Counted from the first letter of the stretch, positions 14,992-24,425 are shown. The stretch: 64,000 bases of DNA from Candidatus Dormiibacterota bacterium (GCA_035995545.1 DASYKI010000016.1:820335-884334), one strand, 5' to 3'. Program-made: numbers and translations. Notes: generated by a model from the sequence alone, not told the origin.

Positions 14992-15023
14992 CAACCGCCA
15001 GCAGCGGGTATCGTCGTAGCGTT

Positions 15024-15338
15024 ATGAGCGACACCACCGACACCGCGTCCGCCTGCACCCACCTCGACGCCGTCGCCACCGACCTCACCCCCAGCGGCCA
15101 GGGCTGCAAGCAGTGCCTGGAGTCCGGAGGGCGCTGGCTGCACCTGCGCCTCTGCCTGGAGTGCGGGGAGGTGGGCTGCTGCGACGACTCGCCCAACCGC
15201 CACGCCACCGCGCACTTCCACGCCAGCGGCCATCCCCTGATCCGCTCCTACGAGCCCGGCGAGGACTGGTGGTGGTGCTTCGTCGACGAGATGGTCTTCG
15301 AGGTCGACGACGACCCCTTCAGCGGCCTCCACCACTGA
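15024..15338 (+). CDS. UBP-type zinc-finger domain protein
   Basis: The Cys/His pattern CKQCLESGGRWLHLRLCLECGEVGCCDDSPNRHATAHFHASGH is typical of small actinobacterial Znf-UBP proteins. Confidence 0.85.
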   Translation: MSDTTDTASACTHLDAVATDLTPSGQGCKQCLESGGRWLHLRLCLECGEVGCCDDSPNRHATAHFHASGHPLIRSYEPGEDWWWCFVDEMVFEVDDDPFSGLHH

Positions 15339-15750
15339 GCCAGGGCAGCGCCTCGGCCATGGGGGCGAGCAGCACGGCCCGGTGCGACCTGTCGAGCTGA
15401 GGCTGGGCGGTCAGGGCCAGGGCGGCCCCGAGCAGCGCGCTCTCGGCATGGTGGCCGGTCTCGCCGTGCTCCTGCCGCCAGGCCACCAGCGCCCCCCTGT
15501 TCTCGGTGAGGCCGAGGATGCGGTTGCGCAGCTCGTCCCACGCCATGGCGCGCAGCGTGGTCTCGACGACGTGCAGCGCCGCCTGCTCCGCCTCGTGCCA
15601 CGACTCGTGGGCGCCCGCGCCGGCGTGGGTCACCCATCCCTGGGCGGCGCGCTCGACGCCCAGCGGTGAGAGGGTGCGGGCGTCCTCGAGGAGCCGGTCG
15701 ATGTCGCTCTGTCCCTCGCGCGGGCCGTAGCCCTCTCTGTCGGTCGTCAT
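15319..15750 (-). CDS. Hypothetical protein (143 aa)
   Basis: This is the last 143 codons of track ORF 15319..17355, starting at ATG 15750 (MTTDREGYGPREGQSDIDRLLEDARTL). Its composition is balanced, unlike the Arg-rich upstream part. I recognise no domain. Its 3' end overlaps gene 15024..15338 by 20 nt (convergent). Confidence 0.55.
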   Translation of the reverse strand: MTTDREGYGPREGQSDIDRLLEDARTLSPLGVERAAQGWVTHAGAGAHESWHEAEQAALHVVETTLRAMAWDELRNRILGLTENRGALVAWRQEHGETGHHAESALLGAALALTAQPQLDRSHRAVLLAPMAEALPWLSGGGR

Positions 15751-15779
15751 GCGATGTCGTGCCTCTGCTCGTTGATGGG

Positions 15780-17414
15780 TCAGCCGTCGAAGCGGACGGT
15801 GGCGTTGGTGGTGCTGAGATGGGCGGCGCCGGTGCTGCTCACGTGCGTGCCGGCGATGCTCATGTTGCTGACGATCACGGTGACGCCGCGGACTGTGGAG
15901 TCCGACGGGCTGGGACTGTACGCGGTGTAGTCGGACACCGTGATCGGCGTCGCCTGCCCCGCGGTGACCTCGATCTCGATGAGCTTCTGCTTGGCGTCGC
16001 CGCCGACGGTCTCGGAGAAGTCGTTGCTGTAGGTGACGCTGCCGAGGTTGCCGCCGTCGCCCATGTACACCGCCAGGGCGCGGTCGGCGTGCACCACGTT
16101 GTTGTTGGCGAAGACCACGTTGGAGATGCTGTGCGTGCTCTCGGTGCCGATCTTGAGCGCCGACTTGTGCGTCCAGCAGACCGCGCCCTGGACGCGGATC
16201 CTGTCGGTGGGGCCGGCGCCCGACGATGTTGCCTTGACCGCGAAGCAGTCGTCGAAGGTGTACACGAAGGGGTTGGTGATGGTGACGTCGCTCGACGAGT
16301 CGGGGTCGATGCCGTCGAGTCCCGGTCCCAGGTTGAGGTTGTTGACCACGTGCACGTTGGACACGGTGACGTGCGATGCGCCCTGGATGTGCACCGTCCA
16401 CGACGCCGAGTCGCGGAGCAGCACGTCGTTGAGGGTCACGTTCTGCCCGCCCTCGATGCGCAGCAGCTTGGTCTTGCTGCCGGCGGGCCGCAGCACTGTG
16501 CCGTCGGTGTCGATGATGCCGTGGCCGGCGATGCCCACGTTGCTGGCGCCGCTGGTGCGCAGCAGCGATCCCGAGGTGTAGTCGGACGGCCTCGACGACC
16601 CCTGGATGCGCGCGCCGCTCTGCAGGTACAGGGTCATGTTGCTGCGCAGCTGCAGTGAACCGGTGAGGTAGACGCCGTTCGGCACGTAGAGCACACCGTG
16701 CCGTGTCGAGGCGGTGTCGATGGCGCTCTGGATGCGCGACGTCTGCATCGTCGTGCCGGTGTTGTCGGTGATGTAGCTGGCCAGGTTGATCACGCCGCTG
16801 CCGCCGATGCCCGGCGCGCTGGTCTCGGGTGCGTCGGCCATGATCAGCAGGCGGTGCAGGCCGTTGACGGTGACGATGAGGTTGCGCGGCATGCCGATGG
16901 CGAAGCTCAGCGTGGTGCCGCTGGCCGCGCCGTTGATGTTGTAGCTGCGCGGGCTGATGCTGAAGCTGCCCACCGGCTCCGCGGTGCCGACCACCGCGTT
17001 GACGCTCCCGGTGATGGCAAAGCGCGCGTAGGCCGCGTCGCCGAACTTGTCGACGGGGATCTTCTGCCCGTTGACGGTGAGTGTGTAGGCGGTGTCGTCG
17101 ACGGCGCCCGGCGTGCGGTCGTAGGCGACCACCGTGCCGGGTCCGGTGCTGATGCTGCCGCTGGCGGTGGCCGCGGCGCTGGACGTGCTGCTCGGCAGCG
17201 TCGCCAGGGGCGTCGGCGTGACGCCGGGCAGCCCGCCGGTGCCGGGGCCGGTCGAGCCGCCGCCCATGGCCCGCACCACCACCGTGGCGACCACGATCAC
17301 GACGAGCACCACGGCGACCATCGTCACCCGGGCTCGCGTTCCCGAGGCCCACCATCGCGTCACACCGTTCACCTCCATGGCCGTGGCAATCCGGCGCCTG
17401 CCCGCCGCAACCAT
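15780..17414 (-). CDS. Membrane-anchored glycoside hydrolase family 28-like (pectin-lyase-fold beta-helix) protein
   Basis: GH28-like blocks GIDPDSSSDV, FDDCFAVKA and CWTHKSALKIGTES. There is an N-terminal TM helix (MVAVVLVVIVVATVVV) and a Ser/Thr/Pro linker. The start could be 17414, 17378 or 17321. Confidence 0.8.
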   Translation of the reverse strand: MVAAGRRRIATAMEVNGVTRWWASGTRARVTMVAVVLVVIVVATVVVRAMGGGSTGPGTGGLPGVTPTPLATLPSSTSSAAATASGSISTGPGTVVAYDRTPGAVDDTAYTLTVNGQKIPVDKFGDAAYARFAITGSVNAVVGTAEPVGSFSISPRSYNINGAASGTTLSFAIGMPRNLIVTVNGLHRLLIMADAPETSAPGIGGSGVINLASYITDNTGTTMQTSRIQSAIDTASTRHGVLYVPNGVYLTGSLQLRSNMTLYLQSGARIQGSSRPSDYTSGSLLRTSGASNVGIAGHGIIDTDGTVLRPAGSKTKLLRIEGGQNVTLNDVLLRDSASWTVHIQGASHVTVSNVHVVNNLNLGPGLDGIDPDSSSDVTITNPFVYTFDDCFAVKATSSGAGPTDRIRVQGAVCWTHKSALKIGTESTHSISNVVFANNNVVHADRALAVYMGDGGNLGSVTYSNDFSETVGGDAKQKLIEIEVTAGQATPITVSDYTAYSPSPSDSTVRGVTVIVSNMSIAGTHVSSTGAAHLSTTNATVRFDG

Positions 17415-17463
17415 AGGGGAAGGGCGGCCGCGCGGCGTCCCGCCCGCGCGCCTGCCGAGCGGA

Positions 17464-18594
17464 TCAGCCCAGCAGGTCCTCGATCAGGCCGGCCACCAGC
17501 GCGGCGCGGTCGGGCATGGTCGCGGCGATGACGTGCTCGTCCTCGGCGTGGGCGCCGCCGCCGACGGCGCCGAGTCCATCGAGGGTCGGGGTGCCCTGGG
17601 CGGCGGTGAGGTTGCCGTCGGAGCCACCGCCCACCTCGACGCCGTCGAGCGCGTCCAGCCCCAGCCGTTCGGCGACCGACGTCGCGCGCTGGAAGAGGTC
17701 CTGGGCCATGCGCGACGGCAGCGGCGGCCGGTCGGGCCCGCCGCGCAGGCTGAGGCGCGCGCCGGGCAGCGTCGCGGCGAGGTCGTGCATCTCGTCGTCG
17801 ACGCGGCGCTGCTCCTCGGGGCTCAGCGCGCGCACGTCGACGTGCAGGTGCGCGGACGCGGGCACCACGTTGGTCGCCGTCCCGCTCGACGCCACCGTGG
17901 GCGTGACCGTTGTGCCCAGCTCCGGACGGGCGATGCGCGCCAGCCCCAGCACGGCGTGGGCCAGCTCGACGGTGGCGTTGACGCCCTTCTCCGGCTCCAG
18001 CCCCGCGTGCGACGCCCTGCCCTCGACGTCGAGCTGGTACGTCGACACGCCCTTGCGCGCGATCTTGAGGGCGGCGCCCTGGCTGGGTTCGAGGACGAGC
18101 ACGGCCTGCACCCGGCGGGCGGCGTCCTTGATGACGCCGCGCGACGTCGCCGAGCCGACCTCCTCGTCGGAGGTGAACAGGATCTCGACGCCCTCTCGGT
18201 GCCTGCCGGCGAGGGCCGCGACGGCGAAGAAGCCCTGCACGATGCCCGCCTTCATGTCGAAGACGCCGGGACCGGTGAGGCGGCCGTCCACCTCGGCGAA
18301 GGGGATGCGCTGCAGCGTGCCCAGCGGCCACACGGTGTCGAAGTGGCCGAGCAGCAGGACGCGTGGCTGCGCGCCGAGCCGCCAGTGCAGGTGGGGGAGA
18401 CCGCCGCTCTCGATCCACTCCGGGGCGGCGCCCATGACCTCCTCGCCGACGCGCGCGACGACGTCTGCGCAGGCGCGCAGGGCCGCCGCGTCGGACGAGG
18501 GCGATTCCATCTCGACCAGCGCGCGCACCGCGTCGCGCATCTGCGCCTGGCGGTCGCGGAGATCAGTTGTGGGCACGGTTGTCTCAATCTCCAT
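17464..18594 (-). CDS. M20-family metallopeptidase (carboxypeptidase G2 / N-acyl-L-amino-acid amidohydrolase type)
   Basis: M20 blocks LLLGHFDTVWP, GPGVFDMKAG and TSDEEVGS, a central dimerisation-domain-like segment, and a C-terminal GGSDGN..GGGAHAEDEH. Confidence 0.88.
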   Translation of the reverse strand: MEIETTVPTTDLRDRQAQMRDAVRALVEMESPSSDAAALRACADVVARVGEEVMGAAPEWIESGGLPHLHWRLGAQPRVLLLGHFDTVWPLGTLQRIPFAEVDGRLTGPGVFDMKAGIVQGFFAVAALAGRHREGVEILFTSDEEVGSATSRGVIKDAARRVQAVLVLEPSQGAALKIARKGVSTYQLDVEGRASHAGLEPEKGVNATVELAHAVLGLARIARPELGTTVTPTVASSGTATNVVPASAHLHVDVRALSPEEQRRVDDEMHDLAATLPGARLSLRGGPDRPPLPSRMAQDLFQRATSVAERLGLDALDGVEVGGGSDGNLTAAQGTPTLDGLGAVGGGAHAEDEHVIAATMPDRAALVAGLIEDLLG

Positions 18595-18606
18595 TGCGGC
18601 TGCGCT

Positions 18607-19596
18607 CTAGGCTTCGCGCAGCGCGTCGACGGCGAGGCGGGCGATGCTGCCGACGGCGCGGTCGGCATCGGGGTCGTGCAGCGCGGGAGCGGCGGCCGTG
18701 GTGAACACCGCCACCGCGTACCTTCCGCCGCCGGGATACTCGACGACGCCGGCCTCGTTGCGCACGAAGGGCAGCGTGCCCGTCTTGCCGCTCGTCCTCA
18801 CGCTGCCGGGAAACCCGGCGCGCAGGCGGTGCGGCCAGACCTGCTGCCCCATGATGCGGCGCACGAACGCGCAGGCATCCGGAGGCGCGGCCTGGTCCTT
18901 CCAGATCAGCTCCAGCAGGCGGGTGATCTCGCGTGGGGTCGAGCGGCTCGTCGCCGGCGGCTGCAGGTCGCGACAGCGCTGCCAGCGCACCGGTGCGATG
19001 GCGCTGAGCACGTCGTCGTCGCCCTGCTCCAGGCGGGCGCGCTCGGCGGGGGTGAGGTCGAGGTCGGCGACGAGGCGGCCGAGCAGGAAGGCGCAGTCGC
19101 CTTCGAGCACGGTGCGGTGCAGCCCCAGGCCCCGCATCGTGGCGTTGACGCTGTCGCGTCCGGCTCGCGCCATGACGACGTCGGTGGCGGCGTTGTCGCT
19201 GACGGCGATCATCAGCTGGGCGAGGTCGCGCAGCGACATCTCGACCGCGTCCTGCAGCGCCGACAGCCCCGTGCCGCCGCCGGTCCTGCCCTCGGCGGCG
19301 ACGCGGATGCGCTCGGTGGGCTGCAGTGTCCCGCTCTCGAACTGCCGGGTCAGCTCGACGGCGACGGGCACCTTGAAGACCGAGGCCAGCACCACCGGCT
19401 CGTCGGCGTCGACACCCGCCTCGGTGCCGCCGTCGAGGTCGCGCGCGTGGACCCAGGCGCGCAGCCCGAGGGGTTCGCACACGGCGGCGACGGCGTCCGA
19501 CAGGCCGGACACGGCGGTGCTCACCCGCGGAGTGTGGCACGTCGTGCCTTGGCGCCGAGTCCCAAATGCGCATGCCGAGTTGGGCTTCTCTGCCAA
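18607..19596 (-). CDS. Class-A-beta-lactamase-related serine hydrolase
   Basis: SxxK (SVFK), SDN (AVSDNAATD) and KTG (SGKTGTL) occur in class A order. No obvious signal peptide is visible. The start is uncertain (19596 or a downstream GTG near 19524). Confidence 0.8.
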   Translation of the reverse strand: MAEKPNSACAFGTRRQGTTCHTPRVSTAVSGLSDAVAAVCEPLGLRAWVHARDLDGGTEAGVDADEPVVLASVFKVPVAVELTRQFESGTLQPTERIRVAAEGRTGGGTGLSALQDAVEMSLRDLAQLMIAVSDNAATDVVMARAGRDSVNATMRGLGLHRTVLEGDCAFLLGRLVADLDLTPAERARLEQGDDDVLSAIAPVRWQRCRDLQPPATSRSTPREITRLLELIWKDQAAPPDACAFVRRIMGQQVWPHRLRAGFPGSVRTSGKTGTLPFVRNEAGVVEYPGGGRYAVAVFTTAAAPALHDPDADRAVGSIARLAVDALREA

Positions 19597-19614
19597 GGCA
19601 CTCGCGGCGGGGCG

Positions 19615-20517
19615 ATGCTACTGTCAGGGTGCCTCATGCGTGCACATGGCGCCGTTCTGCTCGACTCTGCGACTGCCGATGCCACCCTCGACGCGGCCCG
19701 CGCCGCGGCCGAGCGGGCGGCGCGGTCGGCCGGCGTGCGCATCGCGACGCCCACCGAGGTCGCCGACCTCGACCCCGCCGCCGCCCTCTGGCGGAAGGTG
19801 TGGAGCCCCGAGGCCGAGCCTCCCGTCTCCGGCGAGATGCTGCGCGCCCTCACCCACGCGGGCAACTACCTGAGCTGTGCCTACGACGGCGACCGCCTCG
19901 CCGGCGCGCTGCTCGGCTTCTTCGGCGGCGGCGCGCACGTCGACCACCTGCACTCGCACATCCTCGGCGTCGAGCCCGAGTTCGAAGGGCGCGGTGTCGC
20001 CTTCGCCCTCAAGCTGCACCAGCGCGCCTGGGCCCTGCAGCGCGGCATCGAGCGCATCAGCTGGACGTACGACCCGCTGGTGCGCCGCAACGGGCACTTC
20101 AACCTGGTCAAGCTGGGTTGCCGCGGCGTCGAGTACCTTGTCGACTTCTACGGCGTCATGCCCGACGCCATCAACGGTGGCGACCCCACCGACCGCATCC
20201 TGGTGGAGTGGGACGTGGCCGCCGGCGAGCGCGCTGCTGTTCCTGATGACGTCGACGCGTGGCTCGCCCGCGGTGCCGAGGTCGTGCTCGACGCCGACGC
20301 GGCGGGGTTGCCGCAGCGTCGCGATGTCTCGGGTGCAGGCGCGCTGCTGTGCGCGACGCCGTCCGACATCGTGGCGCTGCGTCGCAGCGATGCGGCGGCG
20401 GCGCGCGACTGGCGCCACGCGCTGCGTGACGTGGTGTGCGCCGCGTTCGGCAATGGGATGCGGCTGCGCACCATGGCGCGCGGCGGCTGGTACGTGCTGG
20501 CGCGCGACGGCGACTGA
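19615..20517 (+). CDS. GNAT-superfamily acyltransferase of the type found next to NSAR/OSBS genes (COG3375-like)
   Basis: This is the real part of track ORF 17134..20517. The start is ATG 19615 or 19636. The core reads HLHSHILGVEPEFEGRGVAFALKLHQRAWALQRGIERISWTYDPLVRRNGHFNLVKLG. Confidence 0.75.
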   Translation: MLLSGCLMRAHGAVLLDSATADATLDAARAAAERAARSAGVRIATPTEVADLDPAAALWRKVWSPEAEPPVSGEMLRALTHAGNYLSCAYDGDRLAGALLGFFGGGAHVDHLHSHILGVEPEFEGRGVAFALKLHQRAWALQRGIERISWTYDPLVRRNGHFNLVKLGCRGVEYLVDFYGVMPDAINGGDPTDRILVEWDVAAGERAAVPDDVDAWLARGAEVVLDADAAGLPQRRDVSGAGALLCATPSDIVALRRSDAAAARDWRHALRDVVCAAFGNGMRLRTMARGGWYVLARDGD

Positions 20518-20564
20518 GATCCGTTGTCCTGCAGCGTGCGGCCCTGTGCGGCCCGCTGCGGCCG

Positions 20565-21707
20565 TTACTCGCCGGGGCGCACGACCTGCGTCGAGGTGGC
20601 CAGCGCGTCGACCACATCGCGGTGCACGTCGACACCGATGCCGGGTCCCTGCGGTACGGCGATGGTGCCGTCGGGATCGAGCACGAAGGGCGCGGTGAGG
20701 TCCTGCTTGTAGTAGCGGTCTGACGCGGAGGTGTCGCCCGGCAGGGTGAAGCCGGGCAGCGCCGCGAGCGCGAGGTTGGCGGCGCGTCCCACGCCGGTCT
20801 CCAGCATGCCGCCGCACCACACCGGCACGCCGCGCTCCCGGCAGACGTCGTGGATGCGCACCGACTCCAGGTAGCCGCCGACGCGTCCCGGCTTGATGTT
20901 GACGATGCTGCACGCCTGCATCTCGATCGCCTCCTCGGCGACCACCGCGGACACGATGGACTCGTCGAGGCAGATCGGGGTGCGCACCTGGCGCGCCAGC
21001 ACGGCGTGGGCGAGGATCTGCTCCTCCGGCAGCGGCTGCTCGATGAGCAGCAGGCCGAACTCGTCGAGCCTGGCCAGCTGCGGCGCGTCGTCGAGGGTGT
21101 ACGCGGTGTTGGCGTCGACCTGCAGCAGCATGTCGTCGCCGAAGCGCCGGCGCACCGCGCCCACCGGCTCGACGTCCCAGCCCGGTTCGATCTTCAGCTT
21201 GATGCGCGCATATCCCTGGGCCACGTACTGGTCGACGGTGTCGAGCAGCTGCGCGATCGACGGCATGATGCCGACCGACACGCCGCTCGACACGCGGTCG
21301 TGCACCGCGCCCAGGTGGGCGGCCAGCGAACGCCCCGCACTGCGCAGCTCCGCGTCGAGCCACGCCGCCTCCAGCGCCGCCTTGGCCATGCGATGTCCCT
21401 TGACCGGGGCCAGGATCTCGGCGACCTGCTCGGCCGTCACCGGCTGCCTGAGCAGGCGGGGGAGGAGGTGCTCGGTGATCACCCGCTGCGCCGCGTCCAC
21501 GTACTCCGACGAGTACAGCGGCTCCTGCATGGCGACGCACTCGCCCCACCCCTCCGCGCCGCCCGCGATGACGTGCACCAGCAGCACGTCGCGCCGGGTC
21601 TCGGTCCCGAAGGAGGTCCGGAACGGCGCCACCAGGGGCAGCTCGACCCGGATCAGCTCCACCGCCTCGATGGCGACGGGCGCAGCCAGGGAATTCGCGG
21701 TTGCCAT
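20565..21707 (-). CDS. Enolase-superfamily o-succinylbenzoate synthase / N-succinylamino acid racemase-like enzyme
   Basis: The start is ATG 21707 (MATANSLAAPVAIEAVELIRV). MLE-subgroup catalytic blocks are KLKIEPGWD (KxK), VDANTAY, IEQPL, LDES and NIKPGRVGG. It encodes 380 aa. Confidence 0.9.
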   Translation of the reverse strand: MATANSLAAPVAIEAVELIRVELPLVAPFRTSFGTETRRDVLLVHVIAGGAEGWGECVAMQEPLYSSEYVDAAQRVITEHLLPRLLRQPVTAEQVAEILAPVKGHRMAKAALEAAWLDAELRSAGRSLAAHLGAVHDRVSSGVSVGIMPSIAQLLDTVDQYVAQGYARIKLKIEPGWDVEPVGAVRRRFGDDMLLQVDANTAYTLDDAPQLARLDEFGLLLIEQPLPEEQILAHAVLARQVRTPICLDESIVSAVVAEEAIEMQACSIVNIKPGRVGGYLESVRIHDVCRERGVPVWCGGMLETGVGRAANLALAALPGFTLPGDTSASDRYYKQDLTAPFVLDPDGTIAVPQGPGIGVDVHRDVVDALATSTQVVRPGE

Positions 21708-21867
21708 GCAGCCGAGTGTAGGCCGACGCCCGCCCCCCGACTTGTGCGGGGCGCCAAGTGACCGGCCGCAGCTTCGTCTGAATCTCTCTCGAATAATCCC
21801 ATTGTCAACGGACGGCGTGCCGGCGAGGTGCCGGTACTCTGGGAAGCGAGCCAGTTCCATGCCTTCC

Positions 21868-22524
21868 ATGACCACAAAACGCAATCCCCCCAAGCGCAGC
21901 AACCCCAAGCCCAAGCCGAAGCGCCGCAACCCCTGGATCTTCATCCTCCTCGGCGCCGTCATCGCCCTCGGGGCCGTCGTCACCGTCGTCAGGGCGACCA
22001 GCTCCTCCCCGACGACCCCGGCCGCCACGATCCAACCCCTGGCCGGTGTCGACACGGCCGCCACGGGCACCACCGTCGACGGCATCCAGTGTCAATCGTC
22101 CGAACAGGTCCTCTTCCACGTCCACTCCCACCTCGCCGTCTACGTCAACGGCGTGCAGCGCAGCATCCCCGAGGGGATCGGCGTCGCCCCGCCTCGCCAG
22201 ACGCAGCAGCAGGCCGACGGCACTCCCTTCGTCGTCTCCGGCTCGTGCTTCTACTGGCTGCACAGCCACACCGCCGACGGCATCATCCACGTCGAATCCC
22301 CGGTGCAGCGCACCTACACCCTGGGCAACTGGTTCGACATCTGGGGCCAGCCGCTCAGCGCCACCCAGGTGGGACCCGCGCGCGGCACGGTGATTGCCTA
22401 CGTCGACGGGCAGCGCTTCACCGGCAACCCGCGGGACATCCCGCTGGGCGATCACACGCTGATCCAGCTCGACGTCGGCAGTGACGTGGCGCCGCAGGGG
22501 TTCACGTTCCCGCCGGGGCTCTGA
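21868..22524 (+). CDS. Membrane-anchored extracytoplasmic protein of unknown function with His-rich motifs
   Basis: The start is ATG 21868. There is a Lys/Pro-rich N-terminus and one TM helix (WIFILLGAVIALGAVVTVV). The ectodomain carries HVHSH and WLHSH motifs and 2 Cys. I do not recognise a family name. Confidence 0.7.
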   Translation: MTTKRNPPKRSNPKPKPKRRNPWIFILLGAVIALGAVVTVVRATSSSPTTPAATIQPLAGVDTAATGTTVDGIQCQSSEQVLFHVHSHLAVYVNGVQRSIPEGIGVAPPRQTQQQADGTPFVVSGSCFYWLHSHTADGIIHVESPVQRTYTLGNWFDIWGQPLSATQVGPARGTVIAYVDGQRFTGNPRDIPLGDHTLIQLDVGSDVAPQGFTFPPGL

Positions 22525-22639
22525 GCGACAGGCACGCGGTCTCAAGTACCGGAGCTCCGGGGGGCACGGGGTACGAGAGATGGGGCATCATCTCCCTCCA
22601 GGAAGCGTTTTCGATCCTCTGCAGGGAGGCCCTTTGCAC

Positions 22640-24421
22640 ATGCAGCGTGCGAGCGTATTGCGACTTGGCGCGGCCATCGCCCTGGCCACGGCGATGGCCG
22701 CGGCAACCCCCCGCGGCCAGGCCAGCACCACGGCGCTCGACCCTGGGGCGGCGATCCCCGGCACGTCGTCGAACTTCACCCTGGTCGGCCACGAGTCCCT
22801 CTACAATCGCGGCGAGAACGCGGCGATGACGCTCTACGACCACTACGCCTACATCGGCAGCCGCACCGACTCGGAGCCGCACCACCTGCATCCCGGCGTC
22901 CTCGTCGTCGACACCGCCGACCCCGCGCAGCCCAGGGTGGTCAACGAGGTCAGCGTCACCACCGTCGACCCCCGCCTGGTCGACGGCTACACCTCGCGCG
23001 AGCTGCGCGTCTGGCCGCAGCAGAAGATGCTGATGGTGGTCTACATGACCTGCAGCGACATCCTGCACCAGTGCGCCGGCAACGGCGACGTCGGTGGTCC
23101 ACCCAACTTCCAGCAGATCGCCTTCTTCGACCTCACCGATCCCGCCGCGCCCAGGCTGGTCACCACCTTTGTCCCCACCGCGATGCCGCACGAGCTGTTC
23201 CTCTGGGTCGACCCGCACAACCCGTCAGGACGCGCGCTGATCTACTCGACGTCGCCCAACCAGTCGTCGAAGTCGATGTCGCTGTCGGTGTTCGACATCA
23301 GCAACTGGCGGCAATCGCACGTCAGCGAGCTGACCCACTTCGACATCGTGGCCCAGTTCGCCGCCAACCAGAAGAACTTCTGCCCGATTCCCGACGACGG
23401 CACCACGCCGTGCTTCGACGCGCGCATGCACTCGATCAGCCTCACCCCCGACGGGACCACGCTGTTCATGGCCCACCTCGGCGGCGGCTTCCTCATCGCC
23501 GACACCTCGCAGGTCGCCGGCAACCTGGCCAGCCCGAAGATCTCGCTGGTCACTCCGGTCGCCAACCGCGCCTACTGGGACAACCAGGGCGCGCACTCGG
23601 CGGTGAAGATCCCCGGCCGCCCCTACGTGTTCGCCACCGAGGAGATCTACGGCAAGCTCGGCTACGCGGGCACGCAGGCCTTCGGCCGCGCGCTGAGCGG
23701 CTGCCCGTGGGGTTGGGCGCGCGTCATCGACGTCCACGATCCCACCCATCCCGCCGTCGTCGCGCAGTACAAGATCGACAAGAACCAGCAGACGTCGTGC
23801 ACCGCGCCGACCAGCCCCGGCTACATCACCGTGATGGCCGAGGACTCCTTCAGCAGCTACGCCTCGCACAACCCCACCGTGCTGCCGGACGTCGCCCTGG
23901 TCACCTGGCACTCCGGCGGCCTGCGCGCGGTCGACCTCAGCGACCCCACCCGTCCCAGCGGCGCCGGCTTCTACCTCCCGACTCCCAACGCGTACTCGGT
24001 CACTCCCGACCCTGCGCTGGAACCGGGCAGCAACGGCGTCATCGCCTGGAGCTACCCGATCATCCGCAACGGGCTCATCTACTACATCGACATCCGCAAC
24101 GGGCTCTACATCGTGCGCTACAGCGGGCCCCACGCCAACCAGGTCCGCGGCGTCCGCTTCCTCGAAGGCAACTCCAACCTCGGCGACGCGTACCGGTTGG
24201 AGTACGGTGATCGCGAGGAGTCGCGCGTCGTCGAGGAGTCGCTGGGCGGCGCCAGCCCGGCGCAGCTCGCAGCGGCGGCCCCGGCCGCCCGTGCCGCGGC
24301 CGTCGGGTTGCCGTCAACCACGGCAGCAACGGCAACAGCGCAGGGCGCGGCCGCGGCCGCATTGGGACTTGCCGGTGCAAGCGTTGCAGCGCGCCACAGG
24401 CGAAGGCGCGGGCAACGCTGA
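22640..24421 (+). CDS. Secreted LVIVD-repeat beta-propeller protein with a C-terminal sorting-like signal
   Basis: ATG 22640 has GGGAGG upstream and is followed by a signal peptide (MQRASVLRLGAAIALATAMAAA). LVIVD-type repeats are VLVVDTADPAQP, FLIADTSQ, ARVIDVHDPTHP and LRAVDLSDPTRP. The C-terminus has GLPSTTAA, a hydrophobic stretch and an Arg-rich tail. Confidence 0.82.
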   Translation: MQRASVLRLGAAIALATAMAAATPRGQASTTALDPGAAIPGTSSNFTLVGHESLYNRGENAAMTLYDHYAYIGSRTDSEPHHLHPGVLVVDTADPAQPRVVNEVSVTTVDPRLVDGYTSRELRVWPQQKMLMVVYMTCSDILHQCAGNGDVGGPPNFQQIAFFDLTDPAAPRLVTTFVPTAMPHELFLWVDPHNPSGRALIYSTSPNQSSKSMSLSVFDISNWRQSHVSELTHFDIVAQFAANQKNFCPIPDDGTTPCFDARMHSISLTPDGTTLFMAHLGGGFLIADTSQVAGNLASPKISLVTPVANRAYWDNQGAHSAVKIPGRPYVFATEEIYGKLGYAGTQAFGRALSGCPWGWARVIDVHDPTHPAVVAQYKIDKNQQTSCTAPTSPGYITVMAEDSFSSYASHNPTVLPDVALVTWHSGGLRAVDLSDPTRPSGAGFYLPTPNAYSVTPDPALEPGSNGVIAWSYPIIRNGLIYYIDIRNGLYIVRYSGPHANQVRGVRFLEGNSNLGDAYRLEYGDREESRVVEESLGGASPAQLAAAAPAARAAAVGLPSTTAATATAQGAAAAALGLAGASVAARHRRRRGQR

Positions 24422-24425
24422 CTCC

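Noticed and set aside
15751-19614. Upstream part of ORF 15319..17355 (-) and plus-strand ORF 17134..19614, together with 17369..18418 (-), 17516..18610 (+), 18584..19573 (-) and 18644..19873 (+)
   Set aside because: The translations are Arg/Gly/His-rich nonsense overlapping well-supported GH28, M20 and serine hydrolase genes.
19624-21549. 641-aa minus ORF spanning the GNAT and enolase genes
   Set aside because: It is wrong-frame or antisense, with extreme Arg/Gly/Ala/Pro content. The same region is explained by two motif-bearing genes.
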